Assembly (NCBI GenBank): GCA_043804695.1
Contig: JAZDIV010000049.1
Coordinates: forward strand, 1 to 11,455
DNA length: 11,455 bases
Direction: 5' to 3'
From: PVC group bacterium
Lineage (GTDB): Bacteria; Auribacterota; Erginobacteria; Erginobacterales; Erginobacteraceae
Shown piece after piece: positions 1-6,579 of the stretch; positions within the stretch are counted from its first letter, which is position 1; each line of letters opens with the position of its first letter. The notes beneath the pieces were generated by a model. The model was given only the letters and a program-made list of their open reading frames with translations, searched no databases and was not told the DNA's origin. A program made the translations under genes and the position numbers.

Positions 1-95
1 GGCCCGGCGACTCATCGAAGATGGGGGGCGCTGGGAGGATGGGAAAGGAAATATCCCTTGCGTACCAGAGGATACCAATATATACTAATCATACC

Positions 96-326
96 ATGAA
101 GAACAAGAAGGCTGACCGAAACGAGTTCATGACCCTGCCGGAGGTGGCGGAATATCTCCGGCTCTCCATTCATACGATCTACAAGATGGCCCAGAACGAC
201 CGCATTCCCGCCTTGAAAGCGGGGGCGGTCTGGCGATTCAACCGGGCGGAGATCGACGAATGGATGAGGAGCGAGGCGACGCGGCGGCGGGAAGAGCGCC
301 GGAAGAAGGCGGGGGGCGGAAATTAA
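96..326 (+). CDS. Excisionase-like helix-turn-helix DNA-binding protein (HTH_17/MerR-like); candidate recombination directionality factor
   Basis: The translation FMTLPEVAEYLRLSIHTIYKMAQNDRIPALKAGAVWRFNRAEIDEWM fits the excisionase-family HTH pattern. Its stop is 3 nt before the recombinase ATG. ATG at 96 is preferred over 21 because the domain starts just after it. Confidence 0.85.
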   Translation: MKNKKADRNEFMTLPEVAEYLRLSIHTIYKMAQNDRIPALKAGAVWRFNRAEIDEWMRSEATRRREERRKKAGGGN

Positions 327-329
327 ACC

Positions 330-2000
330 ATGAGCACCGGAACAGCAAACAACGGGGACAATAAAAGGAAGCTCTGCGGGCTCGTAATCCGCGTGAGCAC
401 GGCGCGGCAGGCGGACAATCCCGAGGGCTCGCTGAAGAACCAGCTCCAGCGGCTTCGCGCGCACATCGACTACAAGAACACGGCCTGCGGTGAGAAATGG
501 GTCGAGTCCGAAAAATATGTGCTTGAAGCCGTATCGGGGAAGGATTCGATCAGGAGCCGTGAGTTCGCCCGTCTCTTCGACGACGCACGGACCGGCAGAA
601 TCAATACCGTCATCTGCACTTCCCTTGACCGGATAAGCCGCTCGGTAAAGGACTTCCTCAATTTCTTCGAATATCTCAACCGCTATGATGTCGAGTTTGT
701 TTGCCTCAAGCAGAATTACGACACCACCACCGCCCAGGGGCGCCTGTTTGTCACGATGATGATGGCGCTGGCAGAGTTTGAGCGGGAACAGACCTCGGAG
801 CGGAACCGGGAGGCGACGCTGGCCCGGGCCGAACGAGGCCTGTGGAACGGCAGCCAGATTTTCGGCTACGACATGGACCCGATAAACCGGGGCCGGCTCA
901 TACCCAATGAAGCGGAGGCGGCGATAGTCAATTTCGCCTTTGACCATTATCTGAAGCACGGTTCGATCAGCGAGACGGCCAAGGAGCTCAACCGGAGGGG
1001 CTACCGGACCAAGTCTTACAAGTCAAGGCGGGGGACGATCCATCCGGCGAAAGAGTTCAAGTTCACCAGCGTTCACAGAATCCTCCACAACCTGGCCTAT
1101 CTCGGCCGGAAAGAGATCAACAAGAAACAGAGGGGAAGAGACGATCTGCCGGAAGAGCGGCGTTACCGGGTGGTGAAAGCCGTCTGGCCGGCAATAGTTG
1201 ATGAGGAGAAGTTCTACCAGGTCGCGAAACTGACCAAGGCCAATAACCACTCGAACGGGAATAAGGCCCGCCCGGTAAGACACAATTACCTGCTGAATCA
1301 AGGGTTCATCTGGTGCGGCAAGTGTGGCAAGCAGATGGAGGGCCGGTCGGGCACCAGCCATAGACAGAAACGCTATTATTACTACGCCTGCAAAAACACC
1401 CTCTGCCGTTTCCGTATTCCGGCCGATGAGATAGAGAACATTGTCCTGGGAAGGCTCAAAGAACTCGCCCGGCAAAGGGATATTCTGGAAGAGATAGTGG
1501 CGGCAACTAACATCAAGCTGAGAAAAGAGCTGCCGCAGCTGAAAGAGCAAAAGGCGCTGCTGGGAAAAGAGCTGGATAAGATAAAGAATTTGGCCGACCA
1601 ACTGCTTGGGGATACGGCCAACCTGGCGACGGAGGAAAACAAGGTCTTCCTGAAAGAAAAGCTCGATGATCTGGCAAAGAGACGGCGGGACCTGGAGAAC
1701 GGCCTGGAAGATGTGGATATGACCATTGAAGAGATCGAGCGGGAATCAGTGAGCAAAGACCTGGTGAAGCTTGCTCTCAACAATATTATGGATGCCTTCG
1801 ATAAGGCAAACCCATACCAGCAGAAACAATTGCTGGGGCTTGCCCTTCACAAGGTGGAGATTTCTGGTAACCGCATCAAACTGGCTTTGCGCGGCCGGCC
1901 GCCGGAAATGCTTGCCCTGGAGCCGGAAAAAGTGATGGCGCAGAGCGTAGGACGCTCTGCGCCATCCAACTGGCTCCCCGGAGAGGGCTCGAACCTCTAG
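330..2000 (+). CDS. Large serine recombinase (integrase), 556 aa
   Basis: N-terminal resolvase domain with IRVST (catalytic Ser), SGK, LDRISRS and LAEFERE..ER motifs, then a recombinase domain (FGYD, ELNRRGY, ILHNLAYLG, PAIVDEE), a Zn ribbon (CGKC..CKNTLC) and a coiled coil. Confidence 0.95.
   Translation: MSTGTANNGDNKRKLCGLVIRVSTARQADNPEGSLKNQLQRLRAHIDYKNTACGEKWVESEKYVLEAVSGKDSIRSREFARLFDDARTGRINTVICTSLDRISRSVKDFLNFFEYLNRYDVEFVCLKQNYDTTTAQGRLFVTMMMALAEFEREQTSERNREATLARAERGLWNGSQIFGYDMDPINRGRLIPNEAEAAIVNFAFDHYLKHGSISETAKELNRRGYRTKSYKSRRGTIHPAKEFKFTSVHRILHNLAYLGRKEINKKQRGRDDLPEERRYRVVKAVWPAIVDEEKFYQVAKLTKANNHSNGNKARPVRHNYLLNQGFIWCGKCGKQMEGRSGTSHRQKRYYYYACKNTLCRFRIPADEIENIVLGRLKELARQRDILEEIVAATNIKLRKELPQLKEQKALLGKELDKIKNLADQLLGDTANLATEENKVFLKEKLDDLAKRRRDLENGLEDVDMTIEEIERESVSKDLVKLALNNIMDAFDKANPYQQKQLLGLALHKVEISGNRIKLALRGRPPEMLALEPEKVMAQSVGRSAPSNWLPGEGSNL
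1926..1966 (-). terminator. Probable intrinsic terminator of tRNA-Asn, embedded in the recombinase CDS
   Basis: Perfect 15-bp inverted repeat gatggcgcagagcgt (1934-1948) / acgctctgcgccatc (1952-1966), 4 nt past the CCA, followed on the - strand by ACTTTTT. Confidence 0.7.
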
Positions 2001-2139
2001 CCTAGTGGTTACAAGTGCCCCGGAGTTTCCTCCGGGCTTGGACTATCTCATCTTCCTCGAACGATGGAAGTCGGGCGCTACTGAGGCTTATTGGTAGGGA
2101 ATCCTCATCCTCTAGTCTCTGCACGTTCCTGCCTACTGC

Positions 2140-2161
2140 CAGGACTAAAGTCCTGCACTAC
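2140..2161 (-). repeat. GTAG-type REP-like palindrome in the intron P6 extension
   Basis: The - strand reads GTAGTG CAGGACT TT AGTCCTG. Confidence 0.7.
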
Positions 2162-2241
2162 GCAACACCCTTTCGGCAGGCTTCGCTCAGGGTTGCCATA
2201 TCCGGACTGTTATCGGAATATAACGCCTTTGGAGCAATTTC

Positions 2242-2296
2242 GTAGGGCAGCCCTTCAGGGCTGCCCTTATCAGGCAGGGCTAAAGCCCTGCGCTAC
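2242..2296. repeat. Inverted pair of GTAG-type REP-like palindromes (REPIN-like) in the intron P5 extension
   Basis: GTAGGGCAGCCCTTCAGGGCTGCCC on + (2242-2266) and GTAGCGCAGGGCTTTAGCCCTGC on - (2296-2274). Confidence 0.75.
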
Positions 2297-2387
2297 GAGC
2301 ATTATCGAAATTCCGATACTTGGACTTAGGTTCCCCTGAATTCACCCGATTTTTCAACCGCGGTTACCCGCGGAAGCTGCCATGAGA

Positions 2388-2474
2388 GATCCTTCGACTC
2401 GCCCTTCGTCCTTCGACCCATTCGACAAGCTCAGGGACTACGTCAAGTTCAGAACTCAGGACTCGCTCAGGATC
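2388..2474. repeat. Nested CCTTCG...CTCAGG repeat units in the intron P1 loop
   Basis: Four (c)cttcg/attcg left arms are followed by four ctcagg/ttcaga right arms; the innermost unit is ccattcgacaagctcaggg. Confidence 0.65.
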
Positions 2475-2536
2475 AATTTTCGCTTTGCGAAAATTGACAG
2501 CCACCCGCTCTACCATTGAGCTACCGGGGAATAGTT

Positions 2537-2595
2537 CAGTAATCAGTGATCAGTAAACAGTAATCAGTTAACTGCCGGTGACTGATTGCTGGACT
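2537..2595. repeat. Heptamer tandem repeat (CAGTAAT-like x5) followed by inverted copies
   Basis: cagtaat cagtgat cagtaaa cagtaat cagttaa, then actgattgctggact. Confidence 0.75.
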
Positions 2596-2658
2596 TCAGT
2601 TTGTCAATGAACAGACTTTCACCAGGAATATTACCGACTGGGGCAAGAAAATCAATTC

Positions 2659-2698
2659 TTTCTTTTTCCATCCTGCCTGGCAGGACGGAAAAAAGAAA
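2659..2698. terminator. Terminator-like hairpin, potentially bidirectional
   Basis: tttctttttccatcctgcc-t-ggcaggacggaaaaaagaaa: a GC core flanked by T- and A-tracts. Confidence 0.5.
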
Positions 2699-2699
2699 A

Positions 2700-2817
2700 A
2701 GCCGGGACGGCCGGCACAATGAGGTAAAGGTGCTCCGGAAATCCGGATCATGTCCTGACACCTCAGGCTATCTCAACCTCGGACCTGATTCGCGGACTCG
2801 TGCTCGACCGCCCGGCT
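2700..2817 (-). ncRNA. Candidate structured ncRNA B (unassigned)
   Basis: Nested helices AGCCGGG/CCCGGCU, CGGUCG/CGGCCG, GCACGA/UUGUGC, GAGGU/ACCUC, GAGGUG/CACCUU, UCCGGA/UCCGGA. The G.U pairs work only on the - strand. Followed by a U-tract. Confidence 0.45.
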
Positions 2818-2840
2818 GATTCCTGCTCTGTCCCTGGTTA

Positions 2841-2863
2841 CGCAGGCTAAAGCCTGCGGCTAC
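2841..2863 (-). repeat. GTAG-type REP-like palindrome
   Basis: The - strand reads GTAGC CGCAGGCT TT AGCCTGCG, the same family as the copies inside the intron. Confidence 0.7.
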
Positions 2864-2880
2864 CAATAAATATATTTAGC

Positions 2881-3030
2881 AAAAATTATAATGCTGGGCG
2901 GCCGCTAATGCTGGTAGCGCTTCGGCTTCCCGAATGGGCGACGCTTTCGCGTTCTGTCCCGTCCCGACGCTTTCAGAAGTTTCACCCGGCCTTCTGATAT
3001 TTCGGACGTAGGTGATTATGGCCGCCCAGC
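2881..3030 (-). ncRNA. Candidate structured ncRNA A (about 140-150 nt, unassigned)
   Basis: An 11-bp closing stem GCUGGGCGGCC (3030-3020) / GGCCGCCCAGC (2903-2893) encloses hairpins UCAGAAG/CUUCUGA, ACGC-GAAA-GCGU and UUCGG-GAAG-CCGAA. It begins at the predicted promoter +1 and ends in UUUUU. Confidence 0.55.
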
Positions 3031-3036
3031 AATTCT

Positions 3037-3065
3037 AATATACAATATGGGGAAGACACTGGCAA
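3037..3065 (-). promoter_or_regulatory. Sigma70-type promoter for ncRNA A
   Basis: TTGCCA (3065-3060), 17-nt spacer, TATATT (3042-3037); the predicted +1 is G3030, the first base of the closing stem. Confidence 0.6.
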
Positions 3066-3090
3066 GAGAAAAAATAAAAATAAATTAGCG

Positions 3091-4035
3091 TCAAACGGTG
3101 ACCTTCTTAACGTCCTCGCCGGTCTTTTTCAGGAGGGAGGCCCACTGGTCGTCCACCCAGGCCTGGAACTCGGCCAGCAGGGGCTTGTTCTTCTCTTCCA
3201 GCAGGTGCTTGAACCGGCCCTGGACCTTGATCCATTCCTCGATCGTGAGTTTCTCTTTCGGCTTGTAGTTCAGTTTCCAGGCCTCGTCCTCCACCTCGTA
3301 AAGCGGCCAGAAGCAGGTCTCCACCGCCGCCTTCACGATGTCGATCGAGGTGACGGGCTGCGTGCGCCAGCCGCGGAAGCAGGAGGAGAGGACATTGATG
3401 AAGGTGGGCCCCTTGATGGCGAGCGCCTTCTTGACCTTACCGATGTAATCCCGCCAGTTATGAGGAGATGCCTGGGCAACATACGGGATGTGATGGGCCG
3501 CCACGATGGCGGTCAGGTCCTTGGGGAACTGGGTCTTGCCGGGGATGACATCGCCCGCCGGGCTGGTGGTGGTGGAGGCGCAGAAGGGCGTCGCGCTGGA
3601 GCGCTGGATCCCGGTATTCATGTACGCTTCATTGTTGTAACAGATATAGAGGAAATCGTGTCCCCGCTCCAGGGCGCCGGACAGCGACTGGAGGCCGATG
3701 TCGTAGGTCCCGCCGTCCCCCCCGAAGGCGATGAACTTGACGTCCCCCTTGATCCTGCCCCTCTTTTTCAAGGCCCGGTAGGCGGTCTCCGTCCCGGTGA
3801 TAGTGGCGGCGGCATTCTCAAAGGCATTATGGATGTAGGGAATCCGCCAGGCGGTATAGGGATAGATGGTAGTTGAGACCTCCATACACCCGGTGGCGAA
3901 AGAGACGACGACCGGACCTTCCACCGCCATCAAAGCCTGTCGGATGGCAATGACGCTGCCGCACCCGGCGCAGGCACGATGCCCCGGGCTCAACAGCTCA
4001 GGCTTCTTGGAGAGTTCTTTTAGATTCAATGGCAT
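3091..4035 (-). CDS. porB: Pyruvate/2-oxoacid:ferredoxin oxidoreductase beta subunit (TPP-binding)
   Basis: GHRACAGC, ATGCMEV, GGDGGTYDIGLQSLSG and NNEAYMNTGIQRS motifs. Confidence 0.93.
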   Translation of the reverse strand: MPLNLKELSKKPELLSPGHRACAGCGSVIAIRQALMAVEGPVVVSFATGCMEVSTTIYPYTAWRIPYIHNAFENAAATITGTETAYRALKKRGRIKGDVKFIAFGGDGGTYDIGLQSLSGALERGHDFLYICYNNEAYMNTGIQRSSATPFCASTTTSPAGDVIPGKTQFPKDLTAIVAAHHIPYVAQASPHNWRDYIGKVKKALAIKGPTFINVLSSCFRGWRTQPVTSIDIVKAAVETCFWPLYEVEDEAWKLNYKPKEKLTIEEWIKVQGRFKHLLEEKNKPLLAEFQAWVDDQWASLLKKTGEDVKKVTV

Positions 4036-4052
4036 GAGAAAATCCCCTTATG

Positions 4053-4077
4053 ATCGGGGTTGAAAACCCCTCCCACA
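4053..4077 (-). repeat. REP-like palindrome (GTGG variant) between porA and porB
   Basis: The - strand reads TGTGGGA GGGGTT TTC AACCCC GAT. Confidence 0.5.
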
Positions 4078-4085
4078 TTAATCGA

Positions 4086-5255
4086 TTACTCGCGGACTCC
4101 GAGATGGAAGGCCGCTTCCTCATAGAAGCGACCGGCCTTCAGGTCACCAAAGACGCCGGCGATCATCTCGGGGGTGATATCCCGCCCGCCCAGGCCGTAC
4201 ACGTAGCCGGAGACCGGGATGTCCGCCTTCCGGTAGAGCGCCGACCTGACCTCCGGGAAAACGGGACCGGCAATGCTGTTAAATCCTTCCGCGCGATCAA
4301 GAACGGCGACCGCCCGGGAGCCGGCGATTGCTTTCGCTATCTCCGGCGCCGGGAAGGGCCGGAAGACCCGGAGCTTGAGAACTCCGACCTTCTCCCCCCG
4401 TTCTCTCAGATCATCCACGGCGGCCTTGGCCGTGCCGGCGGTGGAGCCGAGGACAACCACTACATATTCCGCGTCACCGGTGCAATACTCATCGAAGAAG
4501 CCGTAGGGGCGGCCGGAGATTTTTCCGAACTCCTCTCCCACGTCCAGGATCACCTTCTTGGCGTTCTTCATCGCCATCGCCTGCTGCATCTTGTGCTCGA
4601 AATAGTAATCCTGGAGGTCCAGGGGGCCGTAGGTCACGGGATGGCTGACGTCAAGGAGGGAATAACGGGGCTTGTATTCGCCGATGAACTTTTTGACTTC
4701 ATCGTCTTCCAGCACATCCACCCGTTCCACAGTGTGGCTGATGATGAAGCCGTCGTGGGTCGACATCGCCGGCAGAAGAACATCCCTGTTCTCGGCGATC
4801 TTCAGGGCCTGGATGATGTTGTCATAGACCTCCTGGGAGTTCTCGCTGTAAAGCTGAATCCATCCCGAGTCCCGGCAGCCCATGGAATCGCTGTGGTCGC
4901 AGTGGATGTTGATCGGGCCGGAGAGGGCGCGGTTGACCACCGCCATCACAATCGGCAGACGGGTAGAGGCGGCGATGTAAACGATCTCCCACATCAGGGC
5001 CAGCCCGTTGGCCGAGGTGGCCGACATGACCCGGGCGCCGCCGGCGGAGGCGCCGACCGCGGCGCTCATCGCGGAGTGCTCCGATTCAACCAGGATCATC
5101 TCGCTCTGGACTTTCCCGTCGGCAACGTACTGGGCGAAAGTCTGCATCAGTTCCGTCTGGGGAGTGATCGGATACGCGGGCACCACATCCGGGTCGATCT
5201 GCTTCATGGCATAGGCGCCGGCTTCGTTGCCGGTGAGGGCGAGCATTTTACTCAT
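4086..5255 (-). CDS. porA: Pyruvate/2-oxoacid:ferredoxin oxidoreductase alpha subunit
   Basis: GNEA, AYPITPQT, VESEHSAMS, NRALSGPINIHCDHSD and GLGGRD motifs. Confidence 0.93.
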   Translation of the reverse strand: MSKMLALTGNEAGAYAMKQIDPDVVPAYPITPQTELMQTFAQYVADGKVQSEMILVESEHSAMSAAVGASAGGARVMSATSANGLALMWEIVYIAASTRLPIVMAVVNRALSGPINIHCDHSDSMGCRDSGWIQLYSENSQEVYDNIIQALKIAENRDVLLPAMSTHDGFIISHTVERVDVLEDDEVKKFIGEYKPRYSLLDVSHPVTYGPLDLQDYYFEHKMQQAMAMKNAKKVILDVGEEFGKISGRPYGFFDEYCTGDAEYVVVVLGSTAGTAKAAVDDLRERGEKVGVLKLRVFRPFPAPEIAKAIAGSRAVAVLDRAEGFNSIAGPVFPEVRSALYRKADIPVSGYVYGLGGRDITPEMIAGVFGDLKAGRFYEEAAFHLGVRE

Positions 5256-5353
5256 AATAAAATTTTCCTTCAGAAAATTTTAACTTACAGTTAATCAACA
5301 ATTAGATATTTATTTCCGGGTTCCGTTTTCGCCCTACAAAATTGAGATTCGAA

Positions 5354-5695
5354 TCAACTTCCGGGTGGTGATTCCCTGATCCCCCATTCATCAATCCCGA
5401 TTTCCGGGACCTTCTCTTCCAGTACCATTTCGATCGCCTGCACCGGACAGGTATGAGCGCAGATCCCGCAGCCCTTGCAGTGCTTGTAGTCATAGCCGGC
5501 CATCTTTTCATCTTCAACCAGGACCGAGCCGTCGGGACAGAAGATCCAGCACTGCAGGCAGTCGATGCATTTTCCCTTATCAAGGACCGGACGGGCTGCC
5601 CGCCAATCGCCGGTCTCGTACTCAAAGGAGTTGCCGGCGTGGACAATCAGGCCGCCGATCGGTATCTCTTTCCACCCGGGTGCTTTTTCATTCAT
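5354..5695 (-). CDS. porD: Pyruvate/2-oxoacid:ferredoxin oxidoreductase delta subunit (2x[4Fe-4S])
   Basis: TGDWR..RP, CIDCLQCWIFCPD and CKGCGICAHTCP; overlaps the gamma-subunit stop by 4 nt (ATGA). Confidence 0.92.
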   Translation of the reverse strand: MNEKAPGWKEIPIGGLIVHAGNSFEYETGDWRAARPVLDKGKCIDCLQCWIFCPDGSVLVEDEKMAGYDYKHCKGCGICAHTCPVQAIEMVLEEKVPEIGIDEWGIRESPPGS

Positions 5696-6264
5696 GTCGT
5701 TACTTCCTCGAATGCTCGTTCAACCGCTTTGATATTCCCATTCAGAATATGGGGGGTGAACTTCCTGGCCAGCTCCTGACGGATATCGGAGACAACCGAC
5801 TCCAGCTTCACCACCCCGGTTGCCTTTACCAGCGCTCCGAGAAGGGGCATGTTGGGAATGGCGCGGCCGATCTCTTCTTTCGAGATCCGGTCCGCGTCAA
5901 CCACCCAGACCTTCTTTCCTTCCAGGAAGGGATACTGTTCCTTGAGCTTGCCGGCAGGGAAAGTGCTGTTGATAATGATCGTCCCCCCTTCCTTCAGGCC
6001 GTCGCAGACATTGACAGTATCGAGGAGGCTTGGATCCAGAACAAGGACAATATCGGGATGGTAGACGGCTGAGTGCATTTTAATCAGGCCGTCGCTGATC
6101 CGGGTATACCCCTTCATGGGGGCGCCCGAACGTTCCGGACCATACTCCGGAAACCCCTGACTGTATTTCCCTTCATTGAGGGCCACAAACGCTAAAAACT
6201 CCGCCACGGTCTTGGCGCCCTGACCGCCGCGGCCATGCCACCGTATTTCGATTATCTCTGTCAT
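5692..6264 (-). CDS. porC: Pyruvate/2-oxoacid:ferredoxin oxidoreductase gamma subunit
   Basis: EIRWHGRGGQGAKT and FPEYGPERSGAP motifs. ATG at 6264 is preferred over GTG at 6276. Confidence 0.92.
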   Translation of the reverse strand: MTEIIEIRWHGRGGQGAKTVAEFLAFVALNEGKYSQGFPEYGPERSGAPMKGYTRISDGLIKMHSAVYHPDIVLVLDPSLLDTVNVCDGLKEGGTIIINSTFPAGKLKEQYPFLEGKKVWVVDADRISKEEIGRAIPNMPLLGALVKATGVVKLESVVSDIRQELARKFTPHILNGNIKAVERAFEEVTT

Positions 6265-6296
6265 AAAATAACTCACTTCGTTTGTTATTTTATCCG

Positions 6297-6373
6297 GCTC
6301 CCCGATTGAATCAATCGGGGAGCTGTTGGTTAACTAAACTATATTCATCAATGCAACCCCGATTATATCGGGG
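6297..6373. repeat. Two CCCCGAT...ATCGGGG palindromes upstream of the por operon
   Basis: gctccccgattga-a-tcaatcggggagc (6297-6323) and ccccgat-tat-atcgggg (6357-6373); a related core lies at 9691-9704. Confidence 0.6.
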
Positions 6374-6579
6374 CGGAGCACCTTTAAAAAAGCCTTATAA
6401 CCTCAGCCACTATTTGCCCCTATGGAATATAACGTATCAGTCGGCTTTGAAAAGCCCTACAACACAATTATTCCATCCGGTTTGGTTGTACAGTAGCAAA
6501 ACCTTAAGAAATCGGCAAATTATTTTTATCAGAACGATCAGGGGTCACTTTCTTCCCAGGTCAATCGAACGCGCCTTTT

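Larger units (their letters stand above)
1..2011. mobile_element. Right end of an integrative element (prophage/ICE/island) inserted at tRNA-Asn
   Basis: An xis-like gene plus a serine integrase point into and overlap the tRNA 3' end. The other end is outside the window, so the att duplication cannot be seen. Confidence 0.7.
2012..2496 (-). ncRNA. Group I self-splicing intron (485 nt, no ORF) at tRNA position 35/36
   Basis: On the - strand: P AAUUCAGGGGAA (2342-2331), Q AACCCUGAGC (2194-2185), R GUGCAGAGACUAGA (2124-2111), S GAGAUAGUCC (2049-2040); P3 UCGGGU/GCCCGA; P2 CCGCGG-GUAA-CCGCGG; P9 CCCGGAG-GAAA-CUCCGGG; terminal G at 2012. The IGS UGGCAGC (2382-2376) pairs with GCUGU^CA and gives the U.G wobble at the 5' splice site. 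Confidence 0.93.
1971..2530 (-). tRNA. tRNA-Asn(GUU) interrupted by a group I intron; 5' exon 2530-2497, 3' exon 2011-1971
   Basis: The joined exons read TCCCCGG TA GCTC AATGGTA GAGC G GGTGG CTGT^TAA CCACT AGGCT AGAGG TTCGAGC CCTCT CCGGGGA G CCA: a complete cloverleaf with anticodon GTT and encoded CCA. Confidence 0.95.

Noticed and set aside
12..959. 315-aa ORF on the - strand
   Set aside because: Antisense shadow of the HTH and recombinase genes with no recognisable domain.
2015..2339. ORFs 2015-2245 and 2091-2339 as a homing endonuclease
   Set aside because: Short, antisense to the intron, overlapping its catalytic core, and lacking LAGLIDADG, HNH or GIY-YIG motifs.
2537..2600. Short repeats here and at 7184-7339 as a CRISPR array
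   Set aside because: The units are 7-9 bp and tandem, without unique spacers, and no cas genes are present.
2564..2819. ORFs 2564-2761 (-) and 2586-2819 (+)
   Set aside because: They run through repeats, a terminator-like hairpin and a structured-RNA candidate, with no protein-family signal.
2887..2892. TATAAT on + as an antisense promoter for ncRNA A
   Set aside because: No -35 element at a suitable spacing.
4050..5294. 414-aa ORF on the + strand
   Set aside because: Antisense shadow of porA, as expected in GC-rich coding DNA.
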